Positions 1-12,574 of a stretch of DNA of 64,000 nt are shown one piece after another. The first letter of the stretch is position 1, and the number at the start of each line of letters is the position of its first letter. The stretch comes from Chlorokybus atmophyticus (taxonomy: Eukaryota > Plantae > Mesostigma and Chlorokybus algae): NCBI GenBank assembly GCA_009103225.1, contig RHPI01001715.1, forward strand, positions 386,999-450,998, given 5' to 3'. The notes beneath the pieces are model-generated. The model did no database searches. It had not been told where the DNA came from and saw nothing but the letters and a program-made list of their open reading frames with translations. The position numbers were made by a program, and so were the translations under genes.

Positions 1-8
1 TTTGTCAG

Positions 9-769
9 GGCACCAGCGCCGATGGATGCTCCGACAGATTTTGCAGCAATTCTGACGCAACGCAAGCAAGAGATCATGGAGGCGGACCCCTTGGATGCTG
101 AGAACCACAAGAACGTGAAGAAGTTTGACGAGGCCGTGTGGGAGGTCAACAATGCGGTACGTTGCACGCACATGCATGTCATCGACATGTGTGTGTGTTG
201 TCGTGTGATTCGGATGTTGTTGGTGTTTGTTGAGCTTGCATGACCGTTACTGGCTTCGGCACAGGGCCTCCCCATGCCTGGCACGGAAGATGAGGAGGTG
301 ATGTGTGCTACGGCTACAGTCAGCGCTAACACAAAGTGCCCCATCACAAGCGTACCAGTCTTTGAGCTTGAAAACCCAGTGAAGAGCAAACTGTGTGGTC
401 ACGTTTATGATGGGTACGTTTCAATCAGCTTATGTATAGGGTATGAGTCGTGATCAACTTATGTTTGCATCCTGGAGTCGCTCCAATGAGCTTCTTCTCC
501 CTTGCTGACTGTTGCTCTACTTCAACAGAAACTGTATTGAGGAGTATATCAACGGGCAAATCAGACACCAAAGACACGGCGCCCGCTCGCGAGCGACGGA
601 CGTGCAATGTCCCCAGCACGGCTGCTCCCGCCTGATCAACAAGTCTGTGATAGAAGAAGCGGATGACATCCTTGCTGAGGCCGCCAGGCTCAGACGGCAA
701 CGGCCAACCGGCAATGCCAACCGGCAGCATGTTGAAGACATCACTCAAGATGTTGAAGATGTAGAGTAA
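9..769 (+). CDS. MMS21: SMC5/6 SUMO E3 ligase NSE2/MMS21 (SP-RING), last three exons; 5' part lies outside the window
   Basis: GT-AG exons 9-156, 265-413, 529-769 splice in frame to ...EDEEVMCATATVSANTKCPITSVPVFELENPVKSKLCGHVYDGNCIEEYI...VQCPQHGCS..., the SP-RING pattern (CP...CGH.Y...I...CP..GC) preceded by the typical acidic EDEE stretch. Confidence 0.88.
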
Positions 770-1274
770 TTGCAGCGTGTTCATGCAGAGGCATGCTGCT
801 GCTGTCCTGTTGAGGCCCCGTGCACACGGCTGCGCAGAGTACTGTTGCTTGGAATTGTCGACCAAAGCCAAGATGGGTATAACCTCACTTGACCACAGCA
901 TTAGACATTGGAAGCATGCTAGCAGGCTCCCACGGACACACTTCATACGTACAGATGTACATGGGTATGGTCACAGCAACAACGCAAAACAACTGATATG
1001 AAAAAAGCGTTCCTAACACAGCACACGCTACTCGCTATCACATAGCACAATTGATGCAAGTTGCACACTGTCAGACACACTTCGGATGTGCGCTAAGAGT
1101 GTGAATCATACTGTGTACAAAGGATGTGACGGTGATTTGGTGCATGTCTCATATGCACCACGGCCCGTGGTCCATGGGAGCTGATGGTGTTGATGATGGG
1201 GATGTTGGCATTGGGTAAATCAGACGGGCACTTGCGACTACGATGTTGCAATTTGAGAGATTTGGGCGCAAAGG

Positions 1275-1448
1275 CTTCGTTACTGTCTGGTGATGCAGGC
1301 TACATTACCAGACAGTAACGAAGTCAAAAAACTGGTGGGCTTGCCGGGCCCGTATTGTGGAAAGACCGTGTGATGCAGGCTACATCACCAGACAGTAACG
1401 AAGTCAAAAAACTGGAGGGCTTGCCGGGCCCGTATTGTGGAAAGACCG
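1275..1448. repeat. 21-bp hairpin overlapped by an 80-bp tandem duplication
   Basis: 1275-1295 CTTCGTTACTGTCTGGTGATG pairs with 1303-1323 (one G-T), 7-nt loop. 1290-1368 and 1370-1448 are near-identical direct copies (period 80). Confidence 0.95.
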
Positions 1449-1662
1449 AAGTCTGTTCCCGTCCTTATCGAGGGAGATGCTAAACTTCTCTCGGCTCAAC
1501 GAACACAAATCAACGACGCACAAACCAATACTGTTATGCACAAGACTTTTACCACCTGCACGACAGCTGCTTTGCATCCTGATAGCAGCCGGCGGATCCA
1601 GCGGTGGCAGTGTGGTTGCTGCGGTGGTCTCCGTCAGTGGCGGCGACGGCGTTGGTGGTGGG

Positions 1663-4581
1663 ATGGATTATGACGAGGCGTGGACGGAGTCAGGGGAGGC
1701 GCAGCGAGAGGTGGAGTATGCTGTGCGGGCGTGCTACAGCCACCTTGTGCGCCATCCTGAGGCTCAAAGCCGGTCAGTTTGGTTGCCGTTGCAGCATTGC
1801 AAAGCAGCAATAACAGCTTCCGGCAATGACCTTTTCCAATGCTGCCAAAACCTGTTATACTCCAAGCCAGCTGATAGTGGCTCTGTCTTATTGCATAAAG
1901 TGCTTATCGTTTTGCCAAACGGCAGCATACGTTTGGTGAGAGACAAGCACGCCGCCTACCTGCTGAAGGGTCTGAAGCAACTCGGGAGCTCTTACGCATG
2001 CTTGGATGCCAGGTGGGGCAGCTGCTAACGCTCACATCATGGTGATCGTACACACAGTGCATACAATGCATGCTGCCTGCAGTACTGGCACGCTTGTCAC
2101 ACACGGTTGCAGGCATGCTAATTGACAGCTGTGTCCACCGTGCAGTCGGACATGGTTGTGCTACTGGATTTTGCACGCTTTGGCCTTGCTAGAAGTACCT
2201 TTACCAGAGAGCTTGCGCCTCAACTGCCTGGACTTCCTCAAACGCTGTCAGGTGCTTGAGGACCTAGTGGCATGAGCAGCACGTTCAACTTGTTAGCTCG
2301 GTTGTGTGCTTGCGTATGAGCTTACGAGCAAGTCGCACGCAGAGTACAAGAGGAGGCTTTGGTGGCGGCCCCGGTCAGGTAAGTTGACTCTGCCAAATGC
2401 ATGTAGGTAAGCTCATTTAGGCACCTGACAGCTGTCGCGTTCCTGCATTATCACTTGTTTCAAGCTGTGCTGACCTGCATGACTCTGCAGCTACCCCACC
2501 TGGCTACCAACTATGCTGCTGTTTGTGCAATCCTCACTCTAGGAGGTGAAGATGCATACTCCATGATAGACAGGTACTTCATGTTGCACTGTTGCCCTAC
2601 TGCGCAACCTCTGCACGTATTGTCAATTGGTTTACCAATTGCTGGCGCAGGGAGGCTATGCACCAGTACTTGCTCAGTCTGAAAGACCCAAGCGGCGGTT
2701 TTCGGTATAGCTGGGCAACATACGTCATGTGATTGCATGGAAAATGTTGTGACGTTGCTCTCACACAATTGTTGGGTGTGCAGAGTGCATGCAGATGGGG
2801 AGATCGACGTGCGCGGGTCATTCACAGCCATGGCGGTCAGTGCGTCATTATCACATGTCTGGCATCTTCAGTGTGTCATGTTCATGTTCAACTGCAAGTG
2901 TAAGTTGCTGCTCAGCTTGCTTTGTTAACTACAGGTAGCGCACCTTCTGAACCTGAAGACTCCACAACTTCTGCAAGGCGTAGGAGAGTACATTGCAAGG
3001 TGGGTCAGCTTCTTGGTTGCATGTGTTCAACTGTGAATGCTGTCGTTGTGCGTGCTTTCCGTTATGTGTGTTGCCCCTGCGTTCTTAAACAGAAGGCTGT
3101 GGCCTGACACACAGCTGGCGCGAACGTCTTTAATGCCAGCTGTCAAACGTACGAGGGTGGTATTGGAGGTGAGCCAGGAGCAGAGGCGCACGGCGGATAC
3201 ACATTCTGCGGCCTGGCAGCAGCGGTTCTAGCAGGCACTGCTTCAAGACTCAATCTGCCATTGTTACTGGTAAGGTCTGCTAACTTGAACTGACGTTGTG
3301 TGCGCATTCTGCTTGGCAACCACATCTATTGCTGTCTGGCAAAGTGTGCGCGTACCTCGCATGTCATCTGCAAGTAGTGCTTGTTGAGCCAACAGCTCAA
3401 TTGCTCACTTTGCATCAAACAGAACTGGGCCGTGCATCGTCAAGGTGCAGTTGAAGGTGGTTTCCAGGGCCGAACAAACAAGCTGGTGGATGGCTGCTAC
3501 TCATTTTGGCAGGTGAGATTATGCTTGCGCCTTACTTGAAATTCAGAGCAGAAAGTAAAGAAACAGGTTCAGGGAAAGCACAATGTAAAGGGCTTTCTAC
3601 TTGCAGGGAGCTATCTTTGCCATCTTACAAAGCCTGAAGGGTGAGATGGAAACTCAGTCCACCAACTTGCAGCAACCAGTGTTGGAGGCCGCAAGCTCTG
3701 TGCAATCACCTAAAGCAGAGCAAGAAGCAATAAAACAAGCGCTTGCTGGACCCATAGCACCTGCCTTGGAGCGGGCTACCGCAGCTGAGTTGTTTAGTGA
3801 AGCACCCATAGCAAGAACTCATCACCAAGCCGAACTTCATGTGCTTTCTGATGGCCAAGAGGTGCGTTACTACCGAAGCTGCAGCTGGTAGCGCTTCATG
3901 TCGCGGCTGGCCCCACACCAATCTCATTGATCTTCTTGTGCTACGTTACCGCAGGATAACATTTTGGGTGATGATGACGATCTGTTTTGGCTGGCTGGTC
4001 AACATGATGCTGATATCGAAACCGCAGCAGTCGATAGCACTCCCTCTGCTGGCAGCGAGGAGCAGCACTGGCTCACAACATGGTTTGACCCCATGGCGCT
4101 GCAGGGTTACCTTCTCTTGTGCTGCCAATTGCCTGAGGGCGGTCTGCGCGACAAGCCTGGCAAGTAAGCCGCCTCTTCCCGCAGCATGTCATGGTTGAGA
4201 TGGGACTTTGTCTCACTTGCTTGCTCGAGCAGGTCGCGAGATTACTATCACACGTGCTACTGTTTAAGTGGCTTATCTGTCGCGCAACATATGTCAGAGC
4301 CTCCCCAAGTGCTGGGCGTCTCGTCGAATCTGCTGGTATGTGCATTGTTGCGTGCTGTCCACTACACTGCAAGCGCAAACATCCGCAACCCTTGATGCAT
4401 GCATTGTTGCATGCTGTCAACTTGTCCGTGCTGGTTGAGCACTCTCATTGATACGTTTATGACGGTTGAATTGTTGGTCCAGACGGCAACTGAGCCACTG
4501 TCAAACATCCGCCTTGACCGGCATCAAGAAGCCATTGCCTACTTTCATCAGCTTCCGCCAGTTCCCACAGAACCCAGCTAG
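1663..4581 (+). CDS. ERA1: Protein farnesyltransferase beta subunit (multi-exon)
   Basis: Successive exons encode RDKHAAYLLKGL..LDASRTWLCYWILHALALL, GGFGGGPGQLPHLA, DGEIDVRG, TYEGGIGGEPGAEAHGGYTFCGLA, GGFQGRTNKLVDGCYSFWQ, GGLRDKPGK and RDYYHTCYCLSGLSVAQH, all hallmark FTase-beta motifs. ATG 1663 is the likely start; stop at 4581. Confidence 0.95.
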
Positions 4582-6439
4582 ATGTCTCAGCCACCCGTGT
4601 GCAACACTGCACGTGCTTTGCATTATACATGCTTGCGGGTGCCATTGGCCAACTGCTTGTCGATGTGAAGCAGCGACAGCAACTGCCTTGGTGTTGCACT
4701 TGCATCTTCTCGTTCACAACTCAAGATTGCCAATCACCCACAATGCTTGTGACCTCCCCACACTGGGTGCTGTCAGCAAGGCCTGCTAACCACGCAATCA
4801 GCAATGTTGGGCGAGGCATGGCATCTTGTAGCAATCTATCAGTATGCTGTTGGCGCAGTTCATGCTAGTTTACATTGCGAGTGTTATGTTGGCGCAGTTG
4901 CATGCCAACATAACCTTGTGATTCCTGTAGCTTACCTGCTATTGCGACTGGTGATGGCGCGTGGGGCAAATACTTCATCTGTGAAATGTCACGTTGCCAA
5001 TTTGCAACATACACAGTCATGCAAACATGTGTGCAGTTCCCTAGCACTCGCTACGATCAGCATTTGACTGTACCGTACATACTTGAGCAGAGCCCCNNNN
5101 NNNNNNNNNNNNNNNNNNNNNNNNNNNNNNNNNNNNNNNNNNNNNNNNNNNNNNNNNNNNNNNNNNNNNNNNNNNNNNNNNNNNNNNNNNNNNNNNNNNN
5201 NNNNNNNNNNNNNNNNNNNNNNNNNNNNNNNNNNNNNNNNNNNNNNNNNNNNNNNNNNNNNNNNNNNNNNNNNNNNNNNNNNNNNNNNNNNNNNNNNCCC
5301 CCTTTCCCCCCTCCCCCTTGCCTCCTTAATCTTATATGCAGCCCCCCTTCACTATTAGCATGCAAGGGCTCCTCGCATACATGCGTGCAAGTGTGTACAA
5401 AAGAACAGCTAGGGGATGTGCTGAGTAGTGGAGGCAAAAGCAAGGGGAAGGTGGGAGCAGTATAAAATTGGGGTAATGCAAAGTGAAGCGATGTAGGATT
5501 GTAAAGTGACCTTTGTCGAACATGTCGAAATAATCTTTCCAATTGCTGTCGCATGCAAATCATACATAAATGATGCAATGTTTGAACACGCCATGCTCCA
5601 CCAACCATGCGCACTCATGACTCAACATACGGTGGTGGGTTATGCATCACAAGCATAGCATACCATGAGCTGCGAAGGGCAGGCTTAAACCCCTTACAGC
5701 TAACACACATGTTGGATCGCGTGAGCGTTTCCCCACCAGCAAACTGCCGACCAACTTGTGTACCCACCGCCCCTACTAATCATCATAAAAAGTGGGCACT
5801 GCGTTTGTGTCACACTGGCCACCTTGGCAAGTGTGGCACATAGCCCACGGCGTGGCTATATGATATGTGACACTTGGTTACACGTCGTTTCATTTAAGGT
5901 ACATTGATGTGAACGGCTACTCCTTTCGTGCAAATCCAATGTTTATTTAACAAAGCTCCGAAGCGTTATAGCTTGAAAGCAGGAAGTAAGAATTCTCTCA
6001 ACCTATGTAATTACATGCGTACTATACAAGGTTATATATCAGAATCTTCATAGGTTGCTACAACTACACTCGTTGCAATCATTATTGTCATGTTTTGAGG
6101 TTGTCCATTGGATACACTATATCTACTCTGCAAGTACATTTTGCCATGTCATTCGTCCTTGCATGCCAGCCTTCCTCGAGCATGCCTACATCACAATTGC
6201 TGCGCCGCCTATCAGCATGAAGACTCGCGCGCGCGACTAAACAGTAGCTAGATCATGAGTCTAGACTAGCTCATGACCTTAGCCTTCATAGGTACTGCGC
6301 GTAGCTGTTCAGTTGTGAGTTCAGTTATAAAACATGTTTTATATCAAGTTTAGGATTTTCATTAAGAAGCCTTAATATAACCATCAGCTTATGTTCAAAA
6401 CATTTAAGATTTAATTTGTATAAGTAATCAAAGTGTCCA

Positions 6440-6640
6440 TCGGGTTGACAAGTGACACTGTGAGTGAGAAACTTCAAAGAGCTTGTGAAGAGATTTGAAC
6501 AGTGAATGCGCCACCTCGGTTGCTAAGAATCCCTTTGCCGTGCAAGAGCCTGTGCATGCTCTTATGCACTGTGCTTGTCATTGATGTGAACTTGGTGTGC
6601 TTGGTTGCGGTGTGCTCTTTAGCATCAATTAGGGCATGGC
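6440..6640. mobile_element. Diverged LTR-like relic related to the 43380-44508 repeat
   Basis: TGACACTGTGAGTGAG...AAGAGCTTGT.AAG.GA.TTGAAC...TGCTCTT.TGC..TGTGCTTGTCATTG.TGTGA.CTTGG aligns by eye with the reverse complement of about 43400-43570. Confidence 0.6.
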
Positions 6641-9600
6641 ATCCACGAGTTGCGTGCTCATTCACCTCACTTAACAGTGTAACACATTTTCCACTCATGC
6701 AAAAAAATGTGTAAACTTGTTAAACACCACTACCTACTTGTTGGCTTTGTGCCCTAGAGCACAGCATGTGTACTAGAGTGGAGAGCATCTCCACAAGCTC
6801 ATTATTGTGATCAGTGAGCAGGCTTAGGCAGGACTCGTCATCATGAGAGCCGAGTTGCTTTTTGCTTATGCTAACATGCTGCAGCAGCATGTCCGGAGAG
6901 CATGTTCTCCTCTATGGCTGTCCGGAACAGCATGACACTAGACTCACTTGCCATGACAATTCAAATCAATGCCACATTACATATGATGATTATATATATT
7001 ATACATAACGGTTACAACACATATATGACATGATGCTGAACATGATATTCAGCTCCAAAACCTACATTATCACGTACGTTTATATACTATATGTCTGGCA
7101 TAGTAATACGCGCATCATTGATATTTTTTTTATTGAGCATATATACGTACATTTTCGAATTTATTGTATATAAAACGAAATGCAATCATCTATCATCGAT
7201 TTCCATGGAACACATGATTTTCATTACAGATGCACTCTTTGCAAGCACTTATAGAACGATATGAAGGCAAAACACGGCGGGGCAGTACTACTCCATGATA
7301 TAAATAGCATGGACGTACTTCAGCACGTACTTCTTTTGACAGTTCATTTCAATACAACATCCTTTGAAGTTGACGAGTGGCCCATTTCTGTAATTGATGT
7401 GGTAAAAATTGTCACCACATTATCTACTCAATTTCACCATAAAACTTTAGCACTTCATATGTCCGTGTCCCTCTTCATTTATAAACTCAGTGTTGCATAT
7501 GTTGCATGCGTTAGGTATTATATACATAACACAATGAAGGTGAAAGGGATTGATTGGTCTAGTTTAATGCTCCACGCTCTCAATAGCGATGATACTTATG
7601 CAATGATTAATTATGCAGCTGTTAATCTACACTATTGCACGTTATATGTTGTACTTAGCAACAGCATAGCCGAACATACGGGGACCAGGCTGCAAATGTA
7701 GTGCAAAACATACCACTCGGTTTGAGGAAACATCAAGACAATATCATCACGATACACAACAATTCTTGCAGCATACATGTTTTACATGCAATTTAAACAT
7801 AGAGTAAAATTTCAACATGTGAGGCTGTAAATCAGCATTACATCATATTGTTATCAACGCAATGAATTTAAAAAGCCAATTACAACGTAAACGCAACAAA
7901 GACTAGGGTTGCTTTTGATGGCTAAGTCGGTCGCACTTTTTGTTATATTATTTACAAGTAATAATCTATTAACGTAATTGTCAAAACTTATATTACATCT
8001 TGCTTAAAATACCACACACAAACAACACAATAAATATGCATACATATGTATATACCGCTACCTTTCGTCATTATATAAAGTAGATAGCAAGCACAACTTG
8101 CGTATGAATAGCGTATCAATTGTAAATCGTGTACAACATAATGTGATGCAATCATTATCACATTGCAAGTGTTGTATGTGCAAAGCTCCACAGCACGACA
8201 CAACATAACACAACACAACACACTACAAACGATATGTATGCCACAGGTACATACAAATGTCTTACTTACTCTATACGCAAAACGAAACTATCATGGGTAC
8301 AAGATGCCATAACTTGCCTTGCAAGTGGGCCAGAAGTTCTGGCTAATACTTGAGGGCTGTGGACTGTTTATACAATCCTTTGCTCCGTACAACTTGCACA
8401 TTCGTACGCTCCATCCGCCAGGGTGAAGCCTGGGTTTTGGCTTCGGAGCGTGCCGAGCAAACACCGTACACGCTTCGTTCCTAACGCGCCCTCCACCACG
8501 CATGCGGTCTGTGGCAGAGTCTCTGCCGTTCGCACAAGTTTTCACCAGCAGCGGCCGTACAAATCTGTACTACGCAGAAACATTCAACTTGTGTGTCGAG
8601 CCCGCCCCAGTTGGACCGCCCACCCAGGCCGTCTGTCGCCACGCAATTTTGGCGACAATATGTATATTTCGAGCCTAGACGTTAAATTTTCCACAACGGG
8701 TCATTGAAAGTTTGCGCAGGCTTTACCAGTCAGGACAGCAGGTGGAAGCGGGCTCTTGTATGATTACCAGTTCATTAAGCATGTTCTGGCTTGAGCAGTC
8801 CCTTGCAATCATCATAGTGAGTGCCTCAGCCTGAGCCTAGCTTGAAGCACCGCAACAAAGCACAAATCATGAAATGAGTAGGTCGGGCCAAATATAACCA
8901 ACTGCGCGGCGCGACAAGGCGACTCGTCCTAGACAAGCAAGCCGCTTTTTGCACCAACCAATCATGATGCAATGGCCTTTAACTGACAAGGAAGCTTGCG
9001 CGCAGAGTCCCTTTTCTGTTTTCTCCTGTCGCAGTCAGTTGAGAGGCCACTTCGCCAGGTGGGCTGGTTAATTGAAGGGGACTAATGTGGAATCCGCATG
9101 TTTGCAAGTATGCGTTTGCAGTGTAGGGCCTACTAGGCACGCAGGAGTTAATGGGTACAATTATGCGCTTGAAAAAGCACGTGTACGGCGATTGGTGTTA
9201 CGGACAAAGGGACGGGATGCTTCCGTTTAAGTTGTATGCGATATAAGCAAGCACGGTACACTGTACTGAGGATAGCAGGAGGGAAGCTGAGCGATGCGAA
9301 CGTTACCGTTACGGGAGGAGCTCTTAACGAACGTGGCTTTTGCGTCCGCATTGGCATTGGCCATAACGTTGGCCGTGGGTGAGTGCGGGCCGCGGCGGCG
9401 GCAGCCGTGGCGGTGGTGGCGAAGGTGTGGGCGGCGGACGTGGTAGCGGCTGTCGGTGCGTGCGGGACGGGGTGGCTTGAAGGGGGCATTGAGGGTGTGG
9501 AGCGTCGATGGGACTCGCATAGGCGGGCAATGCGGACGCTGCTAAGTTAGGACCAGACCCACATGAGCGAGGAGTGGATGGTTGGGCGGTGATGGCCTGG

Positions 9601-9681
9601 GCGGTCTACGCCTTGCTGTCGTTGGGTTGGACGGGGATGTGGTCGTGGGGTTGAGTTGCTTGTCAGGCGTTGCCGTGGCGG

Positions 9682-12574
9682 ATGTGGCTGCCCGCCGCCG
9701 CTGTCGCCTCCAACAGCGATGCCCCGGGCGACACCGACGATATGCGCACTGTCCTTCCGCGCCTGTCCTTTCGCCCCGTCACAGTTGGCGCAATGAGCAA
9801 CGAGGCAGCTCTGCCCCCAGTGCCCCACCACCACGCTTATGGGCCAAACCCTAGCTGGTTCAGTGCTGGTGGGCCAGTGCCGTCAGGTTCCGGCGGTGGG
9901 CACCCCTCTACCCCTATGTCCCTGCCTCCTGGTGCCTGGGGAATGCACGAAGCGCACCCGCACTGGATGCGCCCTGGAAACGCCCCTCCAAGTCCGCCCC
10001 TCCTGGCCAAGCACAACAGCCATGCTGGCCACAAGGTCCCTTCTGGCGACGGGCCGTACGTCCGAGCAAAGCGAGTGCAGGTACACACTGACACTTTTGT
10101 CGTGAACCCTCACGCACCAATGGCAGGGCACTGCTGAGGGTTGGAACTTACAGACCGACATAGCTGGCTTGCAAGCACTGTGCAATGCTGCGTGTGCCAG
10201 TAGTAGCATCAGCTATAAGTGATCTCAACATGTGGCCAGCCACAACATACCAGTACTTCTGCACTCCAGTGGTCTGTTGTTGTCAATTGCTGTGTAGGTC
10301 AGGACGTGTTGCTGTCATGCATATGGTCGCCTCTCTTTGCCAGACACTCTTGAACCAAGTTCTATGTAGGCTGATGGCATTACTGTGTGTTTATATTGGC
10401 TTTATGCATGGCGCAAGGCTCAGCATTTCATATGGCATGGTGCAGTTTTTTTGTGACAAAGCTAAAGGCGTTAGTGGCATTTACCGGGTGTTCCCCATGT
10501 GTTTCCCCCATGGTACTTCTGTGTCAGCTTGTGGAGAAGGATCCGGATCGCGCGATTGCTCTATTTTGGGCTGCCATCAATGCTGGAGACCGGACAGATT
10601 CAGCCTTGAAGGATATGGCGATAGTTATGAAGCAGCAAGGTCGCGCAGAGGAAGCTATTGAGGCAGTGCGATCCTTTCGTGACCGCTGCAGTGCTGCTGC
10701 GCAGGAATCCCTCGAAAATGTGTTGCTGGACTTGTATAAGGTACCAGCACAGTCCAGTGCCACTGGAGCATCATACTTGTGGGTTGCATACCTTATGTTC
10801 TAATTGTGTCTGCACTGTTTATACTATGCAGCGGTGCGGTCGGCTGGAGGATCAAGTTGATCTTCTGCAACATAAGCTGAAAATGATTGAGCAAGGTGCA
10901 GCCTTCAATGGAAAGCGTACGAAGACAGCACGGAGCCAAGGGCGAAAGTTCCAGGTGTCCATTGTGCAAGAGCAGACTCGGTTGCTGGTACGCTCTATGT
11001 GTGGTAGACAAGGGGGGGTGAGGGGGACAGCACTACCAGAAAGCATTGCGCTGTTACTGAAGAGATCGCAGTTGTCTGGGAATTGTCACTTCGGTGGTCG
11101 TTGATGTTGTCATGCACACGCTGCTCACTATGAGCGTGTGTCTTCTCAGGGCAATCTAGGATGGGCCTACATGCAGCTGCAGAATTATGAGGCTGCAGAA
11201 GCTGTATACAGGTAAGATGAGCAGCATAAAAACTGGTTCATGGCGATGAAGCGCTAACAACCATTTCCATGCAGAAAAGCACTGGACATTGAACCCGATG
11301 ACAACAAGGCTTGCAACCTTGGCATCTGCTTGATGAGACAGCATCGCTTGGCCGAGGCACGGGAGATTCTAGAGCTAGTCAATCCTTATGGAACAGGAAG
11401 ATGGGGAAGTGAGAGTCGGCAGAAAAGTTATGAGCGGGCGCAGGAGGTGTTAGTGGAGCTGGATGCTTTGGAGGCTGGAAGGGCTGCATTTCAAAGGGTC
11501 GGTCATGACTTCTCAGGACGTCAGCATGGCATGGACGTTGCTGGCAGCTGGCGAGAAGTGCCTGGCTTTGAACAAGAGGCAGCTGTTGGGTACGATTTAG
11601 ACGAGAGCGACGAGGACGAGGAGGGTGACTTCGAGAGTGGTGTTTCTGAACAGCTGACACCCACTCCAATCCCCATTCCCCTGACTAGGTCAGGTTCCAG
11701 TCCACATGACATCTCCGAACAGGCATCTTTCGGACATCAGGCCAGCGACAGCCATGCAGATTCCGGGCGGGACAGTGCACCTGCGGACAGATACACGATG
11801 ACGGCCAGTTCCAGCCCTAACGTGAGCTCGAGTTCGGGAGTTAGGCCGTATCACTTGTCAACAGAACCCCAGCGCCAGGGATCCGCCCCGCATGCAGGCT
11901 GGGGAAGATACCAGTCAGACGCCAGCGAGCCAGTTGCATCAACATCTGGCCAACCACCAACAGGTGGCAGCTCACGCTCTGGCGAGTCTTCCAAAGGCAT
12001 GCATCCGCACCCCAGCAGCAGATCGAAATTGACAAGTACAGCACCACCCTGGGTGCCGGCTCATCTGGCGGCGGCATCACCCTCGTCTTGCGCAAGCTCC
12101 TTAGTCAGCTCAGGTCCGCCCTCGTCTCTGGCATCTTTAGCTTCAACATCGCGCTCATCATTTTCCTCAACGGACTCTTCAGGTGGCCGAAGAGGCTTGC
12201 TGCCCCATGCGCACATGCGTCGAGACGCCGGCGTGGCTGGCAGTTCCGGTGCAGGCAAGGACAAAGCGGACGAGAATCGGCCTAGCTTCCACCGCAGATC
12301 GTCTGTTTCCATTGAAGCCGAACGCCGCCCTCACTGGGTTGCAGACGAGTCTGCAGGTGGTTACACCAGCAAACCGCAACCAGCTGGGCGCAGGCATTCC
12401 GTTTCGGGCGTGCCTGCTCTTGATGTGGTCTCACAGTTAGCTGCTCGCATGCATGGGGCAAATGTAGATGATGCAGATGGTGAAGCCTCAGGAGAGCTTA
12501 CTGGTAAAGAACGGCGCCGCCTCCCTGTCTTTCAAGTGTTGGCCGAGGAGGACTGCGCAGGGTCTGCGAAGTAA
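9682..12574 (+). CDS. SDI1/MS5: TPR protein of the plant SDI1 / MS5 (TDM1) / pollenless3 family with a long Ser/Gly-rich C-terminal extension
   Basis: Exons about 9682-10080, 10528-10740, 10832-10987, 11150-11211, 11275-12574 give HKVPSGDGPYVRAKRVQLVEKDPDRAIALFWAAINAGDRTDSALKDMAIVMKQQGRAEEAIEA...FNGKRTKTARSQGRKFQVSI...GNLGWAYMQ..NYEAAEAVYRKALDIEPDDNKACNLGICL, the family signature. The start codon choice is tentative. Confidence 0.92.

Noticed and set aside
1290-1448. Possible CRISPR-like or tRNA/snRNA structure in the 80-bp repeat
   Set aside because: Only two contiguous copies with no unique spacers, no cloverleaf or A/B boxes, and no similarity to spliceosomal RNAs I can recognise; the context is eukaryotic.
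1435-2028. 197-aa ORF as a single-exon gene
   Set aside because: It runs through the promoter, exon 1, intron 1 and exon 2 of the farnesyltransferase gene; only the exon parts are homologous.
7261-7701. 146-aa ORF or a SWIM-like relic on the opposite strand
   Set aside because: AT-rich, no convincing motif on either strand, and the Cys/His spacing does not fit SWIM.
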